A DNA stretch of 64,000 nucleotides from Limnochordia bacterium (GTDB lineage Bacteria; Bacillota; Limnochordia; DTU080). Positions 17,951-27,549 of the stretch are shown here, piece after piece. Below the pieces are notes generated by a model. It was not told the origin of the DNA and did no database searches. It saw only the letters and a program-made list of their open reading frames with translations. Position 1 is the stretch's first letter; every line of letters begins with the position of its first letter. Position numbers and translations under genes: made by a program. The stretch covers positions 352,001 to 416,000 of the forward strand of contig JBMNJG010000012.1 of assembly GCA_050951545.1 (NCBI GenBank). The letters run 5' to 3'.

Positions 17951-18649
17951 TTACTTCTTCAGGAGTTCTTTGACGTCGCATCTGCGCCAATCTGCATATC
18001 CTAGAAGAAGCCCAAGATGAGAGGCCACTCGGTCTGCTACCTCACACTCCGGAGGGGGCACCATCCCCAGTTCTGTGAGCGATGTTACCTCGCCTCCCAC
18101 AATCCCGCACGGCACGATGTCTCGCATGGCACTTAGCGAATTCCGTAGGTTTAAGGCAAAGCCGTGCATCGTCACGCGTCGCACGATCTTGATCCCTATA
18201 CTGGCGATCTTCGCTTGTCCCACCCAGATGCCTGTCTGCGTGGCATGGCGCTCCCCTGCCACCCCAAGGTCCCTGAGCACACAAAGGATGGCTTCCTCGA
18301 GAAGACGGACATACCTGTGTACATCGTACTGAAGCAAGACCAGGTCTACGATACCGTAACCCACGAGTTGTCCCGGACCATGGTAGGTGATGCTGCCTCC
18401 CCGATCGGACTGGAATAATCGAGCCCCGTGTCGCTGCAGAGTCTCTGCCGAAGGAAGATGCTCAGGCAGCGTGCGTGTGCCAGTCGTATAGACGGGGGGA
18501 TGCGTGAGCAGTACAAGGCAATCTCCCACACGCTTCTCAGCGCGGGCGCGAGCTAGGCTCAGCTGCCATCGATAGGCGGTCTCGTAATCCATGCAGCCCG
18601 CCCAGCAGTAGTGCAGGGCTTCTCGATCTGTGGACGCCTGGCTACTCAT
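17951..18649 (-). CDS. lipB: lipoyl(octanoyl) transferase
   Basis: HPPVYTTG, DRGGSITYHGPGQLVGY, KIASIG, HGFALN and IVPCG motifs. The start overlaps the E2 stop. Confidence 0.9.
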   Translation of the reverse strand: MSSQASTDREALHYCWAGCMDYETAYRWQLSLARARAEKRVGDCLVLLTHPPVYTTGTRTLPEHLPSAETLQRHGARLFQSDRGGSITYHGPGQLVGYGIVDLVLLQYDVHRYVRLLEEAILCVLRDLGVAGERHATQTGIWVGQAKIASIGIKIVRRVTMHGFALNLRNSLSAMRDIVPCGIVGGEVTSLTELGMVPPPECEVADRVASHLGLLLGYADWRRCDVKELLKK

Positions 18650-19818
18650 CAGTAGATGGGAGTTGTGTCGTCGTAGGATTCTAGCCTGTGACGCACCGAG
18701 CGAAGAAAGCGTCCGATAACAGCGCCATCCAGAACGCGATGATCTAGCGAGACGCACAGGTTGACCATGCTGCGAATGGCGATGCCTTCGCCGACCACGA
18801 CAGGCCGACGGTTAATCGTTTCCATGCTGAGAATGGCTGCCTGCGGGTAATTGATGATCGGCGCCGACATCACCGAGCCAAAGGCACCCGTGTTGTTGAT
18901 CGTGAACGTGCCGTCCTGAACGTCGTCCGGACGCAGAGTACCAGCCCTGGCACGAGTGGCTAGATCGTGTACCGCCCAGGCCAGACCCACGATACTCTTC
19001 TGATCTGCGTCTTTGATGACTGGTACAATCAGCCCGTCCTCCAGATCGACGGCGATACCGATGTTGATGTGCCGCTTGACCACAATGCGGTCCTCGTGCC
19101 ACTGTGAGTTCAGAATGGGATACTCTCGCAGGCCCTCGACGGCTGCCTTGATCACAAAGGCCAGATAGGTAAGGTTAAACCCGTGCCGCTGGCGGAAACC
19201 CTCCTTTATGGACTCTCTGAGACGTGTGAGAGGAGTGACATCTACCTCTACCATCGTCCAGGCGTGAGGCACAGTGCGCTTGCTCTCGATCATCCGCTCA
19301 GCGATGGCTCGTCGCATGCGGGTCAGGGGTACTACGGCGTCGCCGTCCTCTCTAGGAATCTCTCCTCTAAGAGCTCGACGCTCGATCTCCGCTTCCATAT
19401 CTCGTCGGGTGACACGTCCCTCTGCGCCACTTCCGATGAGCGACGCAGGTTCGATGCCACTCTCCGTCGCCAGATGCCGGACCGCTGGCGTGTATGTATG
19501 GGGCCGACGCGTTTCTGAAGGGGGCTCCTCCTGAACGGGTTCGTCTGGGAGAATAGCCTCTTCTGGTATCTGATCGCGGTCGTCGCTGCTCAGCAGAGCG
19601 ATGGGCGCTCCGACTTTGACAGTCTGGCCCTCTTCGGCGAGTAAAGCCTGGACCACACCAGCGACTGGCGATGGTATCTGTGCATTCACCTTGTCGGTGT
19701 CAATCTCTACCAGGGGTTCGTCTAGCTCTACACTCTCGCCCACGGCTTTTAGCCAGCGGCCAATCACCCCCTCTACGACACTCTCTCCCAGCTTCGGCAT
19801 GGTGATCTCTGTGGTCAT
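18649..19818 (-). CDS. 2-oxoacid dehydrogenase E2 (dihydrolipoamide acyltransferase), branched-chain type
   Basis: Lipoyl domain (TDKV), E3-binding domain (GSGAEGRVTRRD) and catalytic DHRVLDG. Confidence 0.93.
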   Translation of the reverse strand: MTTEITMPKLGESVVEGVIGRWLKAVGESVELDEPLVEIDTDKVNAQIPSPVAGVVQALLAEEGQTVKVGAPIALLSSDDRDQIPEEAILPDEPVQEEPPSETRRPHTYTPAVRHLATESGIEPASLIGSGAEGRVTRRDMEAEIERRALRGEIPREDGDAVVPLTRMRRAIAERMIESKRTVPHAWTMVEVDVTPLTRLRESIKEGFRQRHGFNLTYLAFVIKAAVEGLREYPILNSQWHEDRIVVKRHINIGIAVDLEDGLIVPVIKDADQKSIVGLAWAVHDLATRARAGTLRPDDVQDGTFTINNTGAFGSVMSAPIINYPQAAILSMETINRRPVVVGEGIAIRSMVNLCVSLDHRVLDGAVIGRFLRSVRHRLESYDDTTPIY

Positions 19819-19843
19819 GTGTCACATTCACCTCCCGACATGG

Positions 19844-20830
19844 TTAGTAACGAATAAGCTCACGTAGAGAAACCTCCAACTGCCTTTCGCCCGGCAGTAG
19901 CTCCGCTTCCACCAAGTGATTGTACGGCATCGTCGGGATATCGGGAGACCCAAGGCGTTTTACTGGGGCATCGAGATAGAGGAAGCACTGGTCGGCTACG
20001 AGGGCCGCTACTTCGCCCCCTATCCCTCCAGTGAGATTGTCCTCATGCGCGATGAGCAGCCTACCCGTTTTCCTGACAGAGTGAACGATGGTAGCCTCGT
20101 CCATGGGGCGCAGGGTCCTTAGATCAAGCACTTCCACCGACATCCCTTCGAGTGCTAGACGCTGCGCCACTGCCAAAGCGTCATGGACCATCATCCCATA
20201 GGTGACGACTGTGGCCTGGGTGCCTTCCTGCTTGATGTCCGCCACCCCGATTGGCAGCATATGGTCATCGCAGTCGGGAACCTCACCTTTGATGGCCCGA
20301 TAGGAGCGCTTATGCTCGAGGAAAAGAACCGGGTCAGGATCATCAATAGCGGCCGCTAACAGCCCCGCCATGTCGTACGGTGTGCAGGGCGCCACGATTT
20401 TTAGGCCGGGTGTGCTGAAGAAGAGGGCTTCGACACTTTGCGAATGATAGAGACCTCCGGCGATCCCCGCGCCGTAGGGCACTCGGATGACCAAGGGGCA
20501 TGCATAGCCATTGTTAGAACGATAGCGGATCTTGGCCGCTTCATTGATGATCTGGTCGACAGCAGAATGGATGAAGTCTGCAAACTGGATTTCCACGACT
20601 GGCCGTAGCCCGGCCATGGCGGCCCCCACCGCAATACCCACGATGCCTGATTCCGCCAATGGGGTGTCAATGACCCTGTGCTCGCCAAATTCCTCTATCA
20701 GACCCTCAGTCGCGTGAAACACACCACCCGCTCGCCCTACATCCTCGCCTAACACGATCATGCTCGGGTCGCGTCGCATCCTGGCCATGAGCGTGTCACG
20801 CACCGTCTCGATCATGTTCTTCGCTGTCAT
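19844..20830 (-). CDS. 2-oxoacid dehydrogenase E1 beta subunit (branched-chain type)
   Basis: GEDVG, DTPLAESG, EIQFADF and HSQSVE motifs. Confidence 0.93.
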   Translation of the reverse strand: MTAKNMIETVRDTLMARMRRDPSMIVLGEDVGRAGGVFHATEGLIEEFGEHRVIDTPLAESGIVGIAVGAAMAGLRPVVEIQFADFIHSAVDQIINEAAKIRYRSNNGYACPLVIRVPYGAGIAGGLYHSQSVEALFFSTPGLKIVAPCTPYDMAGLLAAAIDDPDPVLFLEHKRSYRAIKGEVPDCDDHMLPIGVADIKQEGTQATVVTYGMMVHDALAVAQRLALEGMSVEVLDLRTLRPMDEATIVHSVRKTGRLLIAHEDNLTGGIGGEVAALVADQCFLYLDAPVKRLGSPDIPTMPYNHLVEAELLPGERQLEVSLRELIRY

Positions 20831-21834
20831 GGCGCGTCCCCCTCTGCGTAAACGAATCGACATGCAGCCTCGGGGGTGAGCTCAGGCGCAGCCGCGGCTT
20901 GCTCTGCAGCCTCCGCCACCTCATCATGAATCTGCTTCTCCCACTGTTTTGCTTCGGGTTCGCTCAGCAAGCCCTGTGATAGCAGGTAGTCGCGAAAACG
21001 CAGGAGAGGATCTTTGGCCTGCCATTGCTCCACTTCAGAGCGTGTCCGATAGCGTCGATCGTCATCGTTTGAGGTGTGGGGTGCGAGACGATAGGTCTTG
21101 GCTTCCAGGAGTGTTGGACCGTCTCCTCGTCGAGCCCGTTCGACTGCCGCGCGAGTTGCCTCGTAAACAGCTAGAACGTCGTTGCCGTCCACTGATACCC
21201 CCGGAAATCCGTAGGCTGCAGCCCGATCGGCAACATTAGCGACCGGAGACTGCCGCGAAAAAGGCACTGAAATGGCGTATTGGTTGTTTTGGCAGAAGAA
21301 GACCACTGGCAGGCGGTGTATACCCGCAAAGCTGAGAGCCTCATGGAAATCGCCCTTGCTACTAGCGCCGTCGCCAAAGCACACCAGAGCCACGGCGTCT
21401 TCGCCAGTGAGCCGCGCCGCCAGAGCACACCCCACAGCGTGTGGCAGTTGCGTGGCCACCACGCTTGAGCTGCTCACAATACGCAACCGAGGATTACTCC
21501 AGTGCTTTGGCATCTGGCGGCCACCGCTGTTGGGGTCATCCGCCTTGGCGAACTCCCCCAGGAAAAGCTCGTAGCAGCTGACACCTAACGTGAGCACCAT
21601 CGCTGTGTCACGGTAGTAGGGCAAGACCCAGTCAATACCTGGGCGTAGGGCCCAGGCCGCACCTACTTGCGCTGCTTCGTGGCCCTGTCCCCCTACGGTG
21701 AAACTCACTTTCCCCTGACGAACGAGTACAGAAGCCCGTTCATCTACAGCCCGAGCCACAAGCAAGAGGCGATACATTCGGCGTACATCATCGTCGCTGA
21801 GATCTAGCTCTTGATGACGCAACTGCTCTGACAC
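20827..21834 (-). CDS. 2-oxoacid dehydrogenase E1 alpha subunit (2-oxoisovalerate dehydrogenase-like)
   Basis: GQGHEAAQ, DPNSGGRQMPKH, GDGA...NNQYAIS TPP motif and HTSNDD. Confidence 0.92.
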   Translation of the reverse strand: MSEQLRHQELDLSDDDVRRMYRLLLVARAVDERASVLVRQGKVSFTVGGQGHEAAQVGAAWALRPGIDWVLPYYRDTAMVLTLGVSCYELFLGEFAKADDPNSGGRQMPKHWSNPRLRIVSSSSVVATQLPHAVGCALAARLTGEDAVALVCFGDGASSKGDFHEALSFAGIHRLPVVFFCQNNQYAISVPFSRQSPVANVADRAAAYGFPGVSVDGNDVLAVYEATRAAVERARRGDGPTLLEAKTYRLAPHTSNDDDRRYRTRSEVEQWQAKDPLLRFRDYLLSQGLLSEPEAKQWEKQIHDEVAEAAEQAAAAPELTPEAACRFVYAEGDAP

Positions 21835-21850
21835 GAGAACTCCTCCCTAC

Positions 21851-22390
21851 TTACCGCCAGTTAAAGGTGTTTACAGCCTTTATCCAGTAGCGTCTTGTAT
21901 CGCCAGCGTAGTCCTTTTCGTTACACCACAACTCCAGAGCGACAGCGTCGGCTCCCTTAAGATAAACGACGAGGCGGATCATGGCCGTAGCGCCTGCAGG
22001 AGTCTGTCCGGTCGCGACAAGGAACTTGGCTTTCACCCCACGGGAGGTGGTGATATCGCTCTCCTCTGTCACTTTGACGTTGGATAGTACGTGTTGCCAG
22101 CGTCCGAGTACGGCCTGCTTGATACCCGCGTAGCCTCCTCTGACCTTAGCTACAGAGCTCACCCGCATAGTGGGCCCTTCTTTTTTCAGTGTGATATCCA
22201 GTGAGCGTTCCTGAAAGATGTGTTTCGGAGCGTAAGACTCGGCCTTGGCAGGCACGAACATCTCATACTTAGGACCATCATCCCAGTACCACCAGTACTC
22301 CGCGTCTTCCGAAAGGTAGTATTCCCCGGCCTGTGCCGCCGTTGCGGTCAGCACCACAAGGACCAGCGCCAACGCTGCGCGCTGTCGCAT
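21851..22390 (-). CDS. secreted hypothetical protein (possible PsbP/Mog1-like fold)
   Basis: Signal peptide MRQRAALALVLVVLTATAAQA after a GGAGG RBS; ends with a helix and TFNWR. Confidence 0.55.
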   Translation of the reverse strand: MRQRAALALVLVVLTATAAQAGEYYLSEDAEYWWYWDDGPKYEMFVPAKAESYAPKHIFQERSLDITLKKEGPTMRVSSVAKVRGGYAGIKQAVLGRWQHVLSNVKVTEESDITTSRGVKAKFLVATGQTPAGATAMIRLVVYLKGADAVALELWCNEKDYAGDTRRYWIKAVNTFNWR

Positions 22391-22627
22391 CTTCTCATCC
22401 TCCAATACATTGGATAGTGCAAGTTCTTCCATGACAAGCCACGCGTGTCCTGCCAGCATCGCTGCCGTTGACATGTGCCTTTTCATGCTACCCTTCTGCC
22501 AGGGGTTCAAACCCTCCGTACACGCCACTTCCGAGGCAAGGCGCGTGTGGTGGACAGATCTGGAGTGCATACTAGTCTCAGACATAGATCACCATCAGAA
22601 GAGAGGACTAGAAGGAGGCAGAACGCG

Positions 22628-22903
22628 TTGTCCCAGCTGACACAGCGAGAGTTTCTCTTTCTGGACGATGCTCTGCACGCGACGCAGGTGGGGAGCAAGT
22701 GCTTTGCCGATATGGCTCAGCGCTGCCAGGAGCCCGCACTTCGTGAGCTGTGCACAAACCTCGCCCAGATGCATCAGCGTCATTTCGAGCGACTAACACG
22801 TTACGTGAGTACTGGACAGGGAGAGTCCCAGCAGTCTCAGTGGATGCAAGGCCAACCAGCATACGTGAGCCCGTATGCAACCCAAACCGTCGGAAGTAGC
22901 TAG
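22628..22903 (+). CDS. small spore coat / ferritin-like helical protein
   Basis: TTG start after AAGGAGG; LTQREFLFLDD...CQEPALRELC...HQRHFERL pattern. Confidence 0.65.
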   Translation: MSQLTQREFLFLDDALHATQVGSKCFADMAQRCQEPALRELCTNLAQMHQRHFERLTRYVSTGQGESQQSQWMQGQPAYVSPYATQTVGSS

Positions 22904-22915
22904 GGGCGTTAGGAG

Positions 22916-23308
22916 GTGTCGACCATCTTGACGGAGAAAGATCTTCTTTCCTCTGGTTTGCTGACAATCAAGCATATGGCCATGCTCTATAACGATGTGG
23001 CCAGTCAGACCGATGACCCGAAGCTTGCCCAAGAGATGTGCGAGATGATCAATGAAGAACACCATGCACGTATCCGGGTGTTCGAGGCTATGCGCCAAAG
23101 AGGCTGGTACAACCCTAAGCCGATAGGTGAACAGCAGCTGCGTCAGACGCAACAGCAGCTGGCGCAGACCAGCCAGAACCAACAGTCCTGGAGCGGCACA
23201 CAGAGTACTGCTTGGCAGCAGCAGGCAAGCACCCAACAGCCATACGCTTGGCAGGGTCAAACACCCTGGCCCGGCATGACGCAATCAGCCAACCGTCCGT
23301 CGCAGTAA
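22916..23308 (+). CDS. spore coat protein (CotF/Coat_F-like) with Gln-rich tail
   Basis: LTEKDLL...Y...DPKL...VFEAMRQRGWY Coat_F signature. Confidence 0.72.
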   Translation: MSTILTEKDLLSSGLLTIKHMAMLYNDVASQTDDPKLAQEMCEMINEEHHARIRVFEAMRQRGWYNPKPIGEQQLRQTQQQLAQTSQNQQSWSGTQSTAWQQQASTQQPYAWQGQTPWPGMTQSANRPSQ

Positions 23309-23314
23309 GAACCG

Positions 23315-23338
23315 GGGCGCCATCAGCGATGGCGCCCT
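23315..23338. terminator. hairpin between convergent genes
   Basis: GGGCGCCATC-AGC-GATGGCGCCC. Confidence 0.55.
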
Positions 23339-24669
23339 GTGTTAGCGCGTATCCAACGACCACTCGGTTTGCCCACTGGTTCGCCATCGCGAGCGACGAG
23401 TCGGCCCCGCAAGAGGGTCGCCACTGGGGCTCCCTGCCCTCGCCAACCCACAAATGGGGTGCTGCGCGCCAGACTATGCAGCTGCTCAGTCTCAATGCAC
23501 CAGTGCTTCGAGAGGTCAACCATCACGATATCAGCCCAAGCACCCGGACGTAGATGCCCTTTGCCCTGGAGACTGAAGATGGTGGCCGGGTTCGCACAGC
23601 AACAGCGCACAATGTCGCACAGGCTGCATCTTCCCTGACGCACCGCTTCCAGCATCAGTGGCAGCAGAGTCTCCACGCCTAGGGCACCCCCAGGGGCTTC
23701 CCAGACGCCACTCTCCTTCTCACTGGCCAGGTGCGGCGCATGATCCGTGGCGATAATATCAAGCACGCCAGAGCGAAGCCCGTACCATAGCTGATCTTGA
23801 TCATCTTGGTGACGCACAGGTGGTAACACCTTCATGGCCGGGCCTATGGTTGGGAAATCCTCGGCCGTCAAGAACAGATAGGGCGGACAAGTCTCAGCTG
23901 TAACTGGCCAACCGATCGCCTTGGCCTGCCTTATCACCTCTACTGCCTCGGCCAGACTCACATGGGCGATGTGCACGGCTGCTCCAGTATGCCCGGCAAG
24001 GCGACAGATGCTTGCTGTCGTTGACACTTCCCCGAACTCCGGACGGGAAGCTAGCAGATGGCGATAATCATCACCATGGCTCTTAGCGCGAGGGGTCCAG
24101 TACTCGATCACGTCGCGCTCTTCTGCATGAACCACGAGCGGCAGGCGCGTGTCGGCCAACATGGCACAGACATCCAGGAGCTCTCCCCACCCCGGAGCCT
24201 GCAGATCCCCCGTTGTCGGCCCCAAAAACAGCTTGAAGCCCACGCTGCCTGCTTCGATGATTCTCTGTAGCTCGCGAGCAGACCCCGGAGTCAGTGCAGC
24301 AAAGAGCCCCACATCAACCTGGGCTTGGTCCTCGATCAGCTGGCCCTTGCTGACCAGCGTCTCAGCGTCGACAACTGGCGGGAGCGTGTTGGGCATGTCT
24401 AAGACGGTGGTTACACCAGCGCAAGCAGCTGCCCTAGTTCCGGTAGCAATCGTCTCTTTGTGCACGAGACCCGGCTCGCGCAGATGCACATGCGCATCGA
24501 TGAGACCTGGCAACACATACAGGCCATCTGCATCTATGACCTCCTGTGCTGAGCATGCCTGCCCAGGGGCCAAGAGCTTCGCGATCATGCCGTCACTTAC
24601 GCCGACGTCAGCTTTGAAGAGAGCACGGGGAGTGACAAGCGTCCCTCCCCGTATGAGGAGATCGACCAC
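23323..24669 (-). CDS. dihydroorotase/allantoinase-family cyclic amidohydrolase
   Basis: DAHVHLREPG, GFKLF (carboxy-Lys), HAE, HIAHVS and TDHAPH motifs. Confidence 0.85.
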   Translation of the reverse strand: MVDLLIRGGTLVTPRALFKADVGVSDGMIAKLLAPGQACSAQEVIDADGLYVLPGLIDAHVHLREPGLVHKETIATGTRAAACAGVTTVLDMPNTLPPVVDAETLVSKGQLIEDQAQVDVGLFAALTPGSARELQRIIEAGSVGFKLFLGPTTGDLQAPGWGELLDVCAMLADTRLPLVVHAEERDVIEYWTPRAKSHGDDYRHLLASRPEFGEVSTTASICRLAGHTGAAVHIAHVSLAEAVEVIRQAKAIGWPVTAETCPPYLFLTAEDFPTIGPAMKVLPPVRHQDDQDQLWYGLRSGVLDIIATDHAPHLASEKESGVWEAPGGALGVETLLPLMLEAVRQGRCSLCDIVRCCCANPATIFSLQGKGHLRPGAWADIVMVDLSKHWCIETEQLHSLARSTPFVGWRGQGAPVATLLRGRLVARDGEPVGKPSGRWIRANTGRHR

Positions 24670-25994
24670 TACTTCCGCTCCTTAGTGCAACCATTGTGGC
24701 ACAGTGATCGCGCAGGAATGTCTTGAGCCACTACTGCAGGCAGGCCCGGCTGGCCAGCAACCGCCCGCTCGTACTGCTGCGGCTCGGCAAAGTGGCTATC
24801 ATGGTGCAGCAGACCTGCAACCCCCCGCTGAGGGGTAGCCTCCTGGCAGTAACGGCACGTCTTTGGATCATGGGTTTCCCCACGCTCCGGTTCAGGGTAT
24901 GAGACCACGCGTCCTTCGTAGTTGCGCAGCACCGTTCTGCTGGGGGATTGGGATAGCACGTAGTTGGGTGCTACTGGGATCTTGCCCCCTCCACCGGGGG
25001 CGTCGACCACAAAAGTGGGTACCGCGTATCCCGAAACATGCCCTCGTAGATGCTCGATGATCTCAATCCCCTTGGATACAGGGGTGCGGAAACGCTCAAG
25101 CCCTTCGGATAGATCACACTGATAGAGGTAGTACGGCCGGACACGCGTCTTGACCAGAAGCTGGACGAGTTTCCTCTGGATGTTCACGCAGTCATTGACA
25201 CCGCGCAGCAGAACCGTCTGATTCCCCAAGGGTATGCCAGCATCACTGAGGTGCCCGCACGCGGCCACCGCCTCTGGAGTCAGTTCCTGTGGATGGTTGA
25301 AGTGTGTGTTGACCCAGATCGGATGGTACTTACGCAGTGTTTCACATAGCTCTCGTGTGATGCGGAAGGGGTTCGTCACAGGCATGCGCGTCCCGATGCG
25401 AATCACTTCCACGTGGGGAATCTCCCGAAGCCGACTCAGAAGGTAGTCCAGACGGGTATCCGAGAGGGAGAGCGGATCGCCACCAGACACTAGCACGTCG
25501 CGAATTGCTGGTGTCGAACGAATGTACTCAAGAGCTTTCTCAAGTGCAGCCTTGGGAATGCCCCCCTCTTGCGCACCAACCAGGCGCCGACGAGTGCAAT
25601 GACGGCAGTAGGTCGCACACATCTCAGTCACTAGAAGGAGAACGCGATCGGGGTAGCGATGGGTAACAAAAGGCACTGGCGAATCGGCATCCTCATGCAG
25701 AGGGTCGTGCAGATCGTAAGAGCCTAGCGTTCCCTCCTGATCGACAGGGACAGCCTGTAGACGGATGGGGCACTGCGCATTGTCCGGATCCATCAGCAGC
25801 GCGTAGTAAGGCGTGATACCAACTGCAAAAGCACCATGGGCATAGGTGATCCCCGCCTCCTCGGCTGGGGTAAGGTTGATCACCTGGCTCAGCTCCTCAC
25901 AGGCGCCCAGGCGGTGGCGCATCTGCCATCTCCAGTCTTGCCACATGTCGGAAGGTACCTCCCGCCATAGCGAGATCTCCCGATAATCGCGCAT
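24669..25994 (-). CDS. kamA: lysine 2,3-aminomutase (KamA family radical SAM)
   Basis: HRYPDRVL, CATYCRHCTRRR, LVSGGDPL and DAPGGGGKIP motifs. Start placed at ATG 25994 after GGGAGTGA; the ORF track starts at 26024. Confidence 0.85.
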   Translation of the reverse strand: MRDYREISLWREVPSDMWQDWRWQMRHRLGACEELSQVINLTPAEEAGITYAHGAFAVGITPYYALLMDPDNAQCPIRLQAVPVDQEGTLGSYDLHDPLHEDADSPVPFVTHRYPDRVLLLVTEMCATYCRHCTRRRLVGAQEGGIPKAALEKALEYIRSTPAIRDVLVSGGDPLSLSDTRLDYLLSRLREIPHVEVIRIGTRMPVTNPFRITRELCETLRKYHPIWVNTHFNHPQELTPEAVAACGHLSDAGIPLGNQTVLLRGVNDCVNIQRKLVQLLVKTRVRPYYLYQCDLSEGLERFRTPVSKGIEIIEHLRGHVSGYAVPTFVVDAPGGGGKIPVAPNYVLSQSPSRTVLRNYEGRVVSYPEPERGETHDPKTCRYCQEATPQRGVAGLLHHDSHFAEPQQYERAVAGQPGLPAVVAQDIPARSLCHNGCTKERK

Positions 25995-26127
25995 GATATA
26001 CGTATCACTCCCGTAAGCGGGCATGTCGGCGGCCCGCGATTTTCCTCAGTGATCGTGTCGGCAGCTGCTCTCGGTGTTCGCCGCTTGTGACACAAGCTTC
26101 TTACCGATGGTATACGCTGCGGCGAAC

Positions 26128-27549
26128 TTATGATACGGCCACTGGTAACATCACAGCTTCGGTCATGCCGTGGATCGCTTTTTTGTTGAGCGGCACAACC
26201 GTGGCCAAAATGCCAGCCAGGACAGGGCTGCCACCTACTACGTAGTAATAGGGACAGAGTCGTGCCCGTCCGTGCATCCTACGTATGGCCCCCACCTCAA
26301 AGTCATAGTACGAAACAGTCAGCTTCCGTCCTTTGTGGAACTCCTGCAGAATATGCGGCGTTTGCTCAAAGGCCCCAAGGGCCTTGTCGATAATGGCCTC
26401 CCACTCCTGTGAGGAGACATCGTGGCCAATGGTCACTCCTCTGCTTCCCCAGGCTTCTGGCGAGAAGCCGGAAGGCTTTATCACCAGTTGGCGTTCGCGC
26501 TGCGTCGCACGGGACAGCTGTCGAAAATCCGTGACGGGTGAACCGCTCAGCGTCAGATGCGGAATCACCGCATGTGGTGGCAGCGGCCGCTTATCCATTA
26601 TCCAAGTCCGAGGAAGTACCTTCTGTAAAGACGCCAAGTCCTGTTCGCCTAACGCTTGGCGCCAGGTAGCAGAGAGCACTGGATGGTCCAACAGCGCAAA
26701 CAGAAGCTTCTCCTCCAGATAGCTCTTGAGTGGGGGAGAGACCGCCACCATCTCCTTGCGGATAGCATACAGGATCAGATCGATCTGTGGAATGTTTTTC
26801 AGGTCAAACAACTCGAAGAATCGGTAGAGAATATCGATCCTCTCGCTGCCGAGTAGTAACCCATCGTCACAGAAGATGAGCTCCCTTGGATGACATACCT
26901 GGGTGCGCAGGCCCGTCTCAGTGAGCCGCTGCGCCAGCCACACCATCTCGCCACGGTAGTCATCAGACTCGTCGCTTACCGTGATGACCACGAAAGGATC
27001 GTCTACTTCTGGCCGCAACTGCCGCAGGGCGGCAGCAAAATGCCTGATGATGCCATCCGATCCCCCCACGAGCTCGAAGCCCATCTTCGTATACTGCTGC
27101 ATCAGAAAGGCTAGAAGCCCCATCCCTCCCGGCACGGAATCCAGTTCAGTCACTGCCAGCCCCTGGTCTGTGATCAGTACGTCTGGCCGTATCACAAGGG
27201 GCAGGTCTGTTCGGAAACGGTTGAGACGGGCGTACTCCAACACTCTCTCTGGCTTTCCTTGGTCAAGATACTCGTGGAAGAAGCTGGGGATGCTGCCCCT
27301 AACACTGCGCTGGTAGAGTTGATTGGCGGAAGCATAGAAAGCGTAAAACACCTCCCCCAACTCGTCGAGGGCCTTGACGGTCTCCTTGTCGACAAACAGC
27401 GGATCGGGTGAAAGCCGGAAGGTGCTGTTCTGCCCGGGATGCACTGCGCGTTGCGCACCCGCGAAAAGCTCAAGGCCCCCCATGGCCTTGTTTAGCTGCA
27501 ACACTCGTTCTCGCTGTGCGTCGCCGCCTTTATGGGCAGTTGATGACAT
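26128..27549 (-). CDS. uncharacterised ATP-grasp-like ligase (glutathionylspermidine synthase / circularly permuted type)
   Basis: IRPDVL...TELDSVPGG, ILYRFFELFD, LVIKPSG...GSRGV and ILQEF motifs. Confidence 0.6.
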   Translation of the reverse strand: MSSTAHKGGDAQRERVLQLNKAMGGLELFAGAQRAVHPGQNSTFRLSPDPLFVDKETVKALDELGEVFYAFYASANQLYQRSVRGSIPSFFHEYLDQGKPERVLEYARLNRFRTDLPLVIRPDVLITDQGLAVTELDSVPGGMGLLAFLMQQYTKMGFELVGGSDGIIRHFAAALRQLRPEVDDPFVVITVSDESDDYRGEMVWLAQRLTETGLRTQVCHPRELIFCDDGLLLGSERIDILYRFFELFDLKNIPQIDLILYAIRKEMVAVSPPLKSYLEEKLLFALLDHPVLSATWRQALGEQDLASLQKVLPRTWIMDKRPLPPHAVIPHLTLSGSPVTDFRQLSRATQRERQLVIKPSGFSPEAWGSRGVTIGHDVSSQEWEAIIDKALGAFEQTPHILQEFHKGRKLTVSYYDFEVGAIRRMHGRARLCPYYYVVGGSPVLAGILATVVPLNKKAIHGMTEAVMLPVAVS

